A stretch of 64,000 bases of DNA, taken from NCBI RefSeq assembly GCF_963921235.1, contig NC_086114.1, positions 29,140,001 through 29,204,000 on the forward strand. Reading direction: 5' to 3'. The notes beneath the pieces are model-generated. The model was not told where the DNA came from. It was given only the letters and a program-made list of their open reading frames with translations, and ran no database searches. Every line of letters starts with the position of its first letter. Position 1 is the stretch's first letter. The translations under genes and the position numbers were made by a program. Source of the stretch: Mobula hypostoma (Eukaryota). This document shows, one piece after another, positions 37,285 to 48,534 of this stretch.

Positions 37285-38134
37285 TGTTCGAAAATGTGGT
37301 CGTTGCTGTCAATGCAACACTTTCCGACCCTTGTCCTCCCAAACTCAGGTAATTAGGAGTCAACCATACTGATGGTTTAGATGTGTTATGTAGAGTCTTG
37401 ATCATGAAAGGACTGCAGATTAGCATTGGAGAAGGTTTAAAGGAAGTTCACAAAAATGATTCCGGAACTGAAAGGCTCACCGTATGAGGAGTGTTTATGC
37501 CTCTGGGCCTGTACTCATTCAAATTTCTGGGAGGGGGGTGATCTCATTGAAACTTATCGAATGTTGAAAGGCCCTGATAGAGTGAATGTGTAGAGGATGT
37601 TTTCTATGGTGGGGGGGGGGAAGGAATCTAAAACCAGAGGACACAGCCTCAGAACAGAGGAATGTCCATTTAGAATGAAGATGAGGAGAATTTCTCCAGC
37701 CAGAGAGTGGAGAATCTGCGGAACTCATTGCCACAGGTGGCTGTGGAGGCCACGTCATTAAGTACATTTTAAAGCAGAGGTTGATAGATTTCTTGATTAG
37801 TCAGGGCATGCAGAGATACAGGGACAAGGCAGAAGATTGGGGCTGAGAGGGAAATGGATCAGCCATGATGAAATGGCGGAGCAGACTTGATGGGCCAAAT
37901 GACCTGGATAACTTATGGTCTTATAGTCTTATTTCCTTAACGACATTTGTGAAAGTAATTTTTTGTAACAGTCCAGCAGTGCTTACTATTACTAAGAACA
38001 ACTTGACTAAAGTTTCGAGATTTATTTAATGAATTTTTCAGCCGCTGTGGAGGGATTTGAACTCCCATCCCTGAATTAATGAACCAGAATTCCAGCTACT
38101 AGTCAAAGAACTTAGCCACTAGACTACCGTACCC
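37285..38134 (-). mobile_element. Ancient tRNA-derived SINE split by a CR1 insertion
   Basis: B-box-like GGGATTTGAACTC and TAGCCACTAGACTACC head at 38050-38134; the body continues left of the CR1. Confidence 0.55.
37425..37932 (+). mobile_element. CR1 3' fragment
   Basis: TTGGAGAAGGTTTAAAGGAAGTTCACAAAAATGATTCC..; TCTTATGG tail. Confidence 0.9.
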
Positions 38135-38392
38135 ACATTGTGGATGGAGTTATGTAGGCTAGTTTACAACTTGTGGCTTGGTACTTTTGTTCTCCAATCA
38201 TGATCTTGAGTTCAGTTTTGGGCCACGTCAAAATACAGACAAGTACTCACACTCAGGAACAAATGCATGCTCAACTACATGTATCCACTGGTATGTACAA
38301 TCTCACATGTACCTATGTGTATAGCACACACCTACAAACTGTAAAAACACACCCTAGTAAGTACTGATGACTGCATATAGCTATCTTTTATT

Positions 38393-38921
38393 TACTCTTA
38401 ATGGTTATTAGGTACATCTGCTTATCAGCTTATTTATGCAAATATCTAATCAGCCAAATATGTGGTTGCAACTCAGTGCATAAAAGCATGCAGACATGGT
38501 CACAACGTTCAGTTGTTGTTCAGACCAAAGATCAGAATGGGGAAGAAATGTGATCTAAACAACTTTGACAATGGAATGATTGTTGGTGCCAGATGGGGTG
38601 GTTTGAGTATTTCAGAAATTGCCGGCCTCCTGAGATTTTCATGCACAGAAGTCTCTAGGGTTTACAGAGAATGGTGTGAAAAACAAAAAATCACATCCAG
38701 TGAGTGGCAATTCTGTCAGTGAAAACTCATTAATGACAGAGGTCTGAGGAGAATGGCTGGACTGGTTCAAGCTGACAGGAAGGTGAAAGTAACTCAAATG
38801 ACCTCGCGTTACAACAGTGGTGTGCAGAAGAGCATCTCTGAATGCACAATGGATCGAACCTTGAAGTGGATGGGCTACAGCAGCAGAAGACCACAAAAGT
38901 ACACTCAGAGGCCACTGACTG
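38393..38921 (+). mobile_element. Non-autonomous Tc1 element, copy 4
   Basis: MGKKCDLNNFDNGMIVGARWGGLSISEIAGLLRFSCTEVSRVYREW; MAGLVQADRKVKVTQMTSRYNSG; ends CACTCAGAGGCCACTGACTG|TA. Confidence 0.9.
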
Positions 38922-39282
38922 TATTTATCTGTCTTTAAAAAACTTATCTAGGCATCTATTGTCCAGTCCTGAATTCACATCGAAAGGGTGGAAGTGAGCC
39001 ATAATTTTAAGCTATTTCAGTGTTTATGGATAGAGAAGGTACTCCCACAGTGCTGTCAGGCTTTAGGGTTTCTACCCAGTGACAGTGAGATAACGGTGAT
39101 ATCCATCAGGAAGGTTTATGACTGGGAGGACATCCTGGTCACAGTAATGAAGGTGAGTAGCAGCACGCATGTACCAGCTTTCACACAAACACACACACAC
39201 ACACACATCTCTAAGTGCATCCCAAAATGCATGCACATACACCTGAATCCTGATAAGTCCCTGTACTGGGTGGAGAAACAAG

Positions 39283-39506
39283 GGACTGCAGATGAGCAAC
39301 ACAAAAAGCTGGAGGAGCTCAGCAGGTTTGGCAGCATTCAATGGAGGGAAGTGGACAATCTGCATTTTGGGTTGGGTTGGGACCCTTCGGCTGTCTGAAC
39401 CATGGGAACAGGCTTTGAAGAATCTCGACACAAGACGCCAACTGTTCATTTCTTTCCGTAGATGCCACCTGACCCATTGAGTTCCTCCGCTTTATGTATT
39501 TTGCTC
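39283..39506. mobile_element. PLE-derived short element with inverted termini
   Basis: GAGCAACACAAAAAGCTGGAGGAGCTCAGC ... TGAGTTCCTCCGC..ATTTTGCTC. Confidence 0.7.
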
Positions 39507-39627
39507 CTTATCCCTATGTAAACACACTTCCATGCAAAAATATACGCGCAGTCTCACATACACTCATAAGCACACACGCACCACACACACCCATCCACAG
39601 ACAACTGGAGGAACCAGGCCCTGCAGC

Positions 39628-39911
39628 TTATTTATTTATTGAGATACAGCATATAATAGGCCCTTCTGACCCTTCGAGCCACACTGCCCAGCAATCCCTT
39701 GACTTAATCTGTGCCTAATCGTGGGGCAATATACAATAGCCAATTGATCTACTAATCAGTACATCTTTGGACTGTGGAAGAAAACTAAACACCAGGAGGA
39801 AACCCATGCGGTCATGGGGAGAATGTACAAATTCCTCACAGGCAGTGGCGGGAAATGAACCTGGGTCGCCTGTACTGTAAGGCGTTGTGCTAACCTCTAT
39901 GCTTCTGTGCC
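39628..39911 (-). mobile_element. Near full-length tRNA-derived V-SINE
   Basis: Minus-strand head GGCACAGAAGCATAGAGGTTAGC..GGTTCATTTCC (A/B boxes); V-domain GGGTTTCCTCC..CACAGTCCAAAGATGT; (TAAA)n tail. Confidence 0.85.
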
Positions 39912-40375
39912 ATCTTCTTTGTTATAAGAATTGATATCAAGTAGTTGTGCTGGGAAGACGCTGGAAATCTGAAAATTTGAAAAATTCATTGCAAACATTC
40001 AAATCGAGTTTATGGGGAATTTGGATCCAGAGCCACCTGGCTCCAGGCAGACCTGCTCTGCTCAGTGTGAAGTTCCAGTTAGTAATTACTCTTGTACTGT
40101 GAATAGGCTTTAAGATTTTCAGAGCTCCTATGCTAAAGAAGTTCTGTAGGCTTCAAAGAACTCATCAAAGTTGCTGCAATAAAAAGCAGCTTTCTCTGCT
40201 GCTTCACAGGACCTTTCCTCCAAGATTTCAATGAGGGAGTAGGGATGTCTGACTCTGGCTATCTAACTGTTGAGAGGTCAGTTATTGGATCTTGCTTAAA
40301 CTCTAGCCTCTGTCTACATTCTCTCACTTCCTGGTAAATGTCTGAAATTGAATTATGTATTCAATAAAATGTATT

Positions 40376-40815
40376 CAAACAGCATTATGAAGGACCCCAC
40401 GCACCCCTCATATAAACTCTTCACCCTCCTGCCATCTGGAAAAAGGCTCCGAAGCATTCGGGCTCTCACGACCGGACTATGTAACAGTTTCTTCTCCCAA
40501 GCCATCAGACTCCTCAGTACCCAGAGCCTGGACTGACACCAACCTACTGCCCTCTACTGTGCCTACTGTCTTGTTTATTATTTATTATTATTGATTGTAG
40601 TGCCTGCACTGTTTTGTGCACTTTATGCAGTCCTGGATAGGTCTGTAGTCTAGTGTAGTTTTTGTGCTTTTTCTTACATAGTTCAGTGTAGCTTTTGAAT
40701 TGTTTCATGTAGCACTATAGTCCTGGAAAACATTGTCTCATTTTTACTATGTTCTGTACTAGCAGTTATGATTGAAATGACAATAAAAAGTGACTTGACT
40801 TGACTTGACTTGACT
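40376..40815 (+). mobile_element. Rex1/Babar family A 3' end
   Basis: NSIMKDPTHPSYKLFTLLPSGKRLRSIRALTT; (GACTT)5 tail. Confidence 0.9.
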
Positions 40816-42139
40816 CGTAATTCATAGTCTTGTTCAGCTGAGCTCCTGAGATCTTCTCTGCATCATTACTTGAACCCTCTGTTTCCTCTTCAGTCACATC
40901 ACTCTACTCTGTTCCTTTCTCAGACTGTCTGTTGCTGAGACCCATATCTCAATGCCCTTTCCCGGGCTCACAGTCGTTGATTGGCTCCCACTTCCTCCAT
41001 GCTCAGCTACCTTGTCTCTGCAGTTTACACTTGACTGTCTTTGGAACTAGCCAAAGATTCAAAATACATTTATTATCAAAGTATGCATAGAGAATACATC
41101 TCTGGGATTCGATCCCACAAAGAAACACCATGCATCAAACATCCAAAGTAAGATAGAAAGAAACAAATTGCACAAAACAGCAAAAAACAAACAAGCAACA
41201 CAGAGAATATCAAATATCAAACCAGTAGTATTTGGTTTAGTTCAGAGCCACACCACTAGTCAATGCAGACTGCAGGGCCACTCTTCATCAAAGCGTCCTA
41301 GTCCACATCGAAAGCCCCAATCAAACCGCTCAAAAAACAGTAAAAAAAAGAGTAACCAGAATCCAAGAACACAAGCAATAAGAACATCAAAGTCCCCCAA
41401 AGCGAGCCCACAGCCTCACTGATCAATCCTGGCAATGCTGATCCCAAGACTTCTGGACTTCCTTCCAACAGCAGCTAATGAGCGGAAGAATAAGGCCAGT
41501 CAAGTGCAGGGAGATGGCGGCAAGCACCCATCCATTCTCTGCTCTTGACCTCGCCTGGACTTGTCGGGGTGCAGAGGTTAGGGTTAGTGATAAGGGTAGG
41601 ATTGGAGATGGAGGTTTGGGACTGGAGGAGGAAGGGGGTTTGGTGGAGGGAGAGGTAGAGGGAGAGGGAGTGGGAGAAAGAGATAGAGAGAATACTGTCC
41701 ATACAAATCAAATCATTGCATAGAAGCTGAACATAAAATTTATGCAGGAGTATCCATGGAATAATTGACCACTGTAGCCTGTGACTTTTGTTATCCATGA
41801 GAAGTCTGCGCCCTTACACCTTGCAAATAATGAGGACATTGTTGCTCTGGATGAGCATTGTATGTTTTTGACACTTCTTCGCATGACCTCCCTGTGCTGC
41901 ATATCCAGATGTGCCAGCAATATTTCTGTCTGTAGTCATCCTCTGGGACCTGAAAATGGTATTGTCTATCAAATTTAGAGTACCCAGATCCCAAACTGTG
42001 ACACGCTGGCCTCAGGTTCAAAACCACCACATGCTGGCCCAAGAATGGGAGCACTACTAAATGAGATGTAGGGGCATCTGATATTATGATCTGGATCTTT
42101 AGTAACCATGGAGGAAACGGGTAAATATTAAACCTTTGC

Positions 42140-42955
42140 CAATTGATTTGGGCATTTTTAGAAATACTAGAATAGAGGACGAGAATATAAAAGCAAGGAC
42201 GTAAATCTGAGGCTAAATAAGACATTGGTCAGACCACACTTGGAGTGTTGTGAATAGTTTAGGGGTTCCTGTCTAAGAAAATATGTTCTGTCATTAGGAG
42301 AGAGTCCAGAGGAGGTTCATGAGAATGATCCTGGGAATGGAAGGATTAATGTATGAAAAACGTTTGATGGTTTGGTACATGGAGCTCAGAAAAATAGAGA
42401 GCTATGGGTAACCCTAGATAATTTCTAAGGTAAGGACATGTTCGGCATAGCTTTGTGGGCCGAAGGGCCTGTATTGTGCTGTAGGTTTTCTATGCTTCTA
42501 TGTTTCTATGTTTTGAGCCTGTACTTGTGGAGTTTAGAAGAATGGGGGGGGGCGGGGGGGAATCTCATTAAAACCTATCGAATATTAGAAGGCCTAGATA
42601 GAGTGGGCATGAAGAGGATGTTTCCTGTAGTGACAGAGACTAAGACCAGAAGACACAGCTCAGAATACAATGGCATCCCTTTAGAACAGATTTGAGGAGG
42701 AATTTCTTTAGCCAGAGAACAGTGAACCTGTGGAATTCATTGCCATAGAAGGCTGTGGAGGTCAAATCATTGGGTATATTTAAAGCAGAGGATGATGGGA
42801 TATTGATTAGTAAGTTTGTCAAAGGTTATGGGGAGAATGCAGGAGAATGGAGTTGAGAGGGATAATAATCAGGCACAGAATGGTAGAGTAGACCCAACGG
42901 ACTAAATGGCCTAATTCTACTCCTATGTCCTATGGTCTTATAGTTTTATGGTCTT
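42140..42955 (+). mobile_element. CR1 3' region with a second CR1 tail nested at ~42390-42510
   Basis: TTGGTCAGACCACACTTGGAGTG..; the inner tail matches 15370-15634. Confidence 0.85.
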
Positions 42956-43464
42956 TGTATGCAAAGTCAATAAAAGGTCAATGACAGGATAAAAGAATGG
43001 GCAAATGCCCGGCTGCTTGTTTCTATGAAGTGCTGAACATCAGAATCAGTTTCATTGCCTGAAAGATTCCAAATACTTCTTTAAAATACTGGAAAAATCT
43101 CAGCCTCCACATGCTGAGGAACGTGTTTGAAGTTCCTCCTTGTCAGAACTCACATAGGCCGTGAGTAGAAATCTATCGGAAGAAAATCTGCTCCTCATAA
43201 ATATTCAGCGATATATAATGCTAACATTGAATTTACATTAGAGGACAATTCGTGTTGTTTAAGTAAAAGCAAGCTGAAATTGCAGAACTAATTCATGAAG
43301 AATTAAAGAGTCTTACTATCTAGGCTTTTAAACACTGAACATTCACTACAAAGAGCAGATAAAAATACAGTTTGCCCACAAGCCAGCACCAAAGGCTGTA
43401 GGAATGCTCGCTTGTTGTTGATTGGATATGACATCATGTAAAATGACGGTTGTCACTGTCAGAT

Positions 43465-43850
43465 ATGGCTCAACGGAACTTTGCTGCCACGTCAGAAGAT
43501 CTTGAGTTCATATCCAACTCCAGAGGTGAATATTAAAATCAAGGTTGACACTTGCAGAGAAATGTTACTGAGGGGATGTGCAGCAGTCAGAGGGGCTATT
43601 TTTCAGAGGAGATCTTTCATTCCCTACATGCTCACCCATGCCATTATTTTGAAAATGCTGAGGGCAAATCTCATTGGAATCCAGGACAACATTCATCTCT
43701 CAAAATACATCAATAAAGCTAATTACTTGGCTGTTTTCTGTGGAACTTGCTGCCGGCAAACTGACCACTTTGCACTCAGGAGCATAGGCTGCTGGTTGGA
43801 AAGCACTTCGGGTGGGTTTGAGCTGTTGCTTAAACTTCTAACATAAGTTT
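43465..43850 (+). mobile_element. Deu-domain SINE (SacSINE1/AmnSINE-like) remnant
   Basis: GTCAGAAGATCTTGAGTTCATATCCAACTCCAGAG head, TACTGAGGGGATGTGCAGCAGTCAGAGG core, GCTGTTTTCTGTGGAACTTGCTG tail. Confidence 0.65.
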
Positions 43851-44336
43851 ATTTGTTGCCGATGAGTGAGAGAAGAGTGTTAGTTAAACCAACACTACTC
43901 TTTTTTTTTGTATGGGATTTTGGGATCCTTAATGAACACCTGAATTTCTGTGCTTGGATCATCATGTAGATGTGGTGGAAGAAGCAAAAAATGACAGATT
44001 TAAAGTTTCCAAGAATGTCTGAGCATTGTTGGAGGAATAAGAATGTCTTCCACTTTATGAGCGATGCATAAAATACATTCCAAAGCTCTTAAAATTTAGC
44101 CTAAGTCAGACACTCAATGAGATGAGATTGCTGAATAACATCAAGGTAAGAAATTATGTGCATTCTTTGGAATATTTGTGTGAGGAAGTTCAAATTGGTT
44201 TGATGTTCATACAAATATTGTAAAGATAGAGGGTTTTAACTGAGGAAGGATCAGCTTTTAAAGCTCATCTACAAGGCACGTTTGGAGGCATTTGTCCAAC
44301 TTCTGCATATTGCTGGATATAGGTCAGGCACCATCT

Positions 44337-45400
44337 CAGACCACAAGACCATCAGATATAAAAGTGGAATTAAGCAACTTGGTCCCTCAAGTCTGCTCCA
44401 CCATTTCATTATGGCTGATCCAATTTTCTTCTCAGCCCCAATCTCCTGCTTTCTGCCCATATCCCTTCATGCCCACACCAAACAAAAATCTATCAACCTC
44501 TGTCTTAAATATATATAAAGACTTGGCCTCCACAGCCGCCTATGACAAAGAATTCCACAGATTTTACCACTCTCTGGCCAAAGAAATTCCTCTCATCTGG
44601 ATTCTAAAAGGACCACCCCTCTATTCTGAGGCTGTGTCCTCTGTTCTTAGACTTTCCCACCATAGGAAACATTCTCTCCACATTCTCTCGATCAAGGCCT
44701 TTCACTATTCGATAATTTTCAACGAATTCTACTGAATACTGGCCCAGAGCCATCAAATGCTTTTCATATGACAAGCCATTTAATCCCGGATTCATTTTTG
44801 TGAAACTCCTTTGACTCTCTCTAGTTTCAGCACATCCTTTCTAAGATAAGGAGCCCAAAACTGCTTACAATGTTCCAAGTGAAGCCTCACCAGTGCTTTA
44901 TAAAGTCTCACCATTACATTCTTACTTTTATATTCTAGTCCTCTTGAAATGAATGCTAACATTGCATTTGCCTTCCTCACCACAGATTTAACCTGTAAAT
45001 TAACCTTTAGGGAATCCATCACAAGGACTCTCAAGTCCCTTTGCACCTCAGTTTTTTGTTTTTTCTCTCTATTTATAAAATAGTCAACCCTTTTATTTCT
45101 TCTACCAAAGTGCATGACCATACACTTCCCAACACTACATTCCATATGCTGTTTCTTTGCCCATCTCCCAATCTAAGTCCTTCTGTAGCCTCTCCACTTC
45201 CTCAAAACTACCTGTCCCTCCACCTATCTTCTTATTGTCTGCAAACTTTGTGCCAATGCCATCAATTCCATTATCCAAATCATTGACATATAATATAAAG
45301 AGAATCGGTCCTAACACTGGCAGCCAACCAGAAAAGGCTCCCTTTATTCCCACTCTTTGCCTCCTACCTGTCAGCCAATGCTATATCCATGCTAAAATCT
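44337..45400 (-). mobile_element. CR1 LINE RT and 3' region
   Basis: LGPILFILYVNDLD..KFADNKK; KANAMLAFISRGLEYKS..LYKALVRLHLEHC. Confidence 0.92.
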
Positions 45401-45803
45401 ATACTGAAGGACACGTAGTTATTGTTTGATGCTAATGATGTGAAGTCAGACTGATCTGAAATAATAATCTTGTTTATCTCTCTGCAGATGCTGCCTGACC
45501 TGCTAAGTGTTTGTTGTTTTTTAGCAGACCTCTATCATCTACCTTTGGATTTCTTCACATTGTTAATGCTGCCAACCTTGATCTATTTGGTCCGGAAATC
45601 TCTACTGTTCTGAGTGAAACTAATTACTCTCTTTAGCTTTCAATCTTCCTGAAGTTTGAGGTTTGGTCACTGCATGCAACTTGCCATACTGCAACCTTGG
45701 TTGAGAGGACAGGAGGGACTGTTCTGTTTGAAGATACTGCTACTGAAGATGTACGACAGCTTACTGGCAGGTTGAAAGGCAAGAGGTTTGATTAATAACA
45801 TTA

Positions 45804-46751
45804 CACTCAAACCCCCACATAGCACTGATTCGTTACAACTTAGTTATTCAATTCTGTATTGACATTTTTTTAAACGTCAAAGATTCATCCTAAACAACAC
45901 TAAAAACTTCTCAAGAGTGGCTGCCATTACAGTAAACATTCCATCAGCCAATGAGAGCGGTTTACCTACACGCTGAGCCACTCACAGCCAATCGCGTATT
46001 AGTTCACACACTGCCTCCCCTGCGTGTGTAAATGTTCTTGCTCCATGGCTCCGTTTCTTTACCCATAATGTCTGGAAAAAGGCCTTCAGTCGGATTAGAT
46101 GATGTTAACGTTGGCGATCTTGAAGAGTTACTGCATTCTCGTCATGAGAGCCTTAATAGAGAAGAGCTTTGAGAATTGGCAGAGCAACATATCCTTTGTG
46201 AATCTGAGGACACAGATGGAGAAGAGGAAACACCAGCACGAAACCTCACCACGAGATTCCTCAGCACTAGCATCACCACAATCACACAAATCATGGACCA
46301 GTTCCTTGATAATGACCCTGACTGAGAGTGAAGCAGTAAGATAAAGAGAGGTATTCTCGACATGCTTTCCTGCTATTGAGAACTGCTTCATGGGAAGAAC
46401 CTTAAGAAAAGGCAGTCAAATCTCAACTCCTACTAGAAGAAGAAGCCAAGGTTAGAGGAGGACCCCCAGCCTGGTCTCTCCTGTAAGATGTAACCAATAC
46501 CCGATTCCCTCTGCTGCTGCTGCTACAGTGTACGTTGCCGCTGCATTGGTGTACAGGTTAGGCCTATTTGTGTGTTTGTTACTTCACAAATTACTGTGTA
46601 TGCATAAAATAATACAGATCTCAGGTTTGTCTTTTTTTAATCAGGCACACGTATTCATTCACATAATGTTATAATGACCCCACAGAGCCCTGAATAACAT
46701 TGCGCTCCCCCTCTGAGGAATGCATTGTCAGCATTAAACGCAGTCTGAGTG
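45804..46751 (+). mobile_element. Internally deleted Tigger/pogo DNA transposon
   Basis: TA|CACTCAAACC ... CAGTCTGAGTG|TA; 46068-46493 reads MSGKRPS then DDVNVGDLEELLHSRHESLNREEL..FLDNDPD..SSK..SCY..KKRQSNL (Tigger-like C-terminal tail); no DDE domain. Confidence 0.8.
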
Positions 46752-47400
46752 TACTTTTAACATCTTTTATGAAGCAAACAGTGGAGAACTATCCCCACAG
46801 ACAGAGAGAAGGCAGGCAGAGGCGAGCTAGTTCGGGGGATAGCCGTACTGGGGCATTGTGAGGCTCAACGTGTTCGAGCCAGGGACGCAGGTGGAGTTTC
46901 TGGAGATGGAGTGAGCGATTTGGAGAGGAGTTGATGCCGAACAGTTTTGATGCCCATCCACCTAACCTGGGCGCGAGGTTGGATCGCTCCAAGCACCCAG
47001 CCGATTTGGTGAGATCGAGAACGGCTTTGGGCTGTGTGGCCGAAGTGTACCATGATACCGGCTTCAGGTCCTAGAGCGAGACACCACCCTGTGCTTGGGC
47101 CACATAGACTGGAAGCCTGAGTGTTGGGAACAGAGGAGAGGGTCGGGTTGAATTAGCTCACTTTCCCTCAAATGTTCATCCATTTCTCCGTGGCACCGAA
47201 GCTGTGAACTGATCTGGCTGCTGTGCATCTTTGCTCAATTGGTTTGATGAGTTGGGACCGAGGCTGGGATCAGAAACTCCTCGTATCCAGATTCAGCTGC
47301 TCAATTAAGTTATCCCGGAGCAAGAATCAATTCACCAAACTGTTCATAAAATGGTGGTTGCAAGGACAGTCTCACAAAATGGCCGGCAACATTCCTGTCA

Positions 47401-47535
47401 CAAACAAGAGAAAATTTGCTGATGCTGGAAGTCCAAGCAGCACATAAAAAATTGCTGGAGGAACTCAGCAGGCCAGGCAGCAACGATGGAAAAAAGTACA
47501 ATCGATGTTTTGGGCTGAGACCCTTTGGCAAGACT
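47401..47535 (-). mobile_element. PLE terminal fragment (candidate donor of the 62-kb insertion)
   Basis: CAAACAAGAGAAAATTTGCTGATGCTGGA..GAGACCCTTTGGCAAGACT; flanked by ACATTCCTGTCAC (47389) / ACATTCCTGTTCAC (47537). Confidence 0.85.
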
Positions 47536-48534
47536 CACATTCCTGTTCACTGGTTTATAGATTGTAGCTCTCTCCTGCTGCTCCAGAAGAAGATCCTGGA
47601 ACTCAGTTTTTTTCTGTTCTTACTGACAACCAGCTGGAGCTTTGATCTTTCTGAGTTACAGTCAAACCAACACCTCAGGTGGCAGTTTGATCAAAGACAT
47701 TTGTAGTTTTAATCAAAGGTTCGAAAAATACAAACATAATCTTCACTAAAACATTTTGGAATCAATTCCTACAGTAATTAAACTGAGAACATTAACATCA
47801 ATAAAATTTGATTCCTCCATTTGTGAAGCTGGAAGTTATTTTGTTTATCAAAGGATTAATTAACTCAGAATGCAAAAGATCTATGATGGAATTGCATTAC
47901 ATGAGTCAGATATTGCCGTCATTCAGTGCCGTGCAGAGGTCAGGATATTAACATCAATCCATAGGCTTCAACTGGTGAATACAGAAGCCGTACTCTAATT
48001 GATGCACTGAAATCAACAGCATGTATTCTGAGTTTGCCACTGTCAATATTCTGAGAGGTCATCAATTACTAGAAACTCAACTGGACCAAACATATAAGTA
48101 TCCTGTCAGAAGAGCAGGTCAGAAGCTGGTTGTCTAATGATGAGCAACTTTCCACCAGGTACAAGGTACAAGTCAGGAATGTGATGGAATGCCATTGCCT
48201 TGTTTGATGTCCAATAATACCATCCACTTGATTGAAAGAGTGCAATTCCAACAGTCCCCAAGAAGCTGGACACATAACAGCCTACTCGACCGGCACCCTG
48301 TCCAGCATCCCAAACTCTCTACATTTCTCAGTTTAATTCTCTCTCCTTCTCCCTATATCTCTCCTCCCAGAGATAGTTTTACAAAAAGATAGACCGAAAG
48401 TAAAGAGGGATCATCTTATTATCAAAGGGGCAGTAGTGAGGGATTGCTGCATTGTTGGAGGAATGGTAGTGAGGGAGGCCTGACAGTTAGAGAAGCAGAA
48501 AGAAGGAACTGCCATGCAGTCAGTCGGTGAGTGC

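Noticed and set aside
39840-39911. tRNA gene
   Set aside because: It is the tRNA-derived head of a V-SINE, followed by the SINE body; no cloverleaf.
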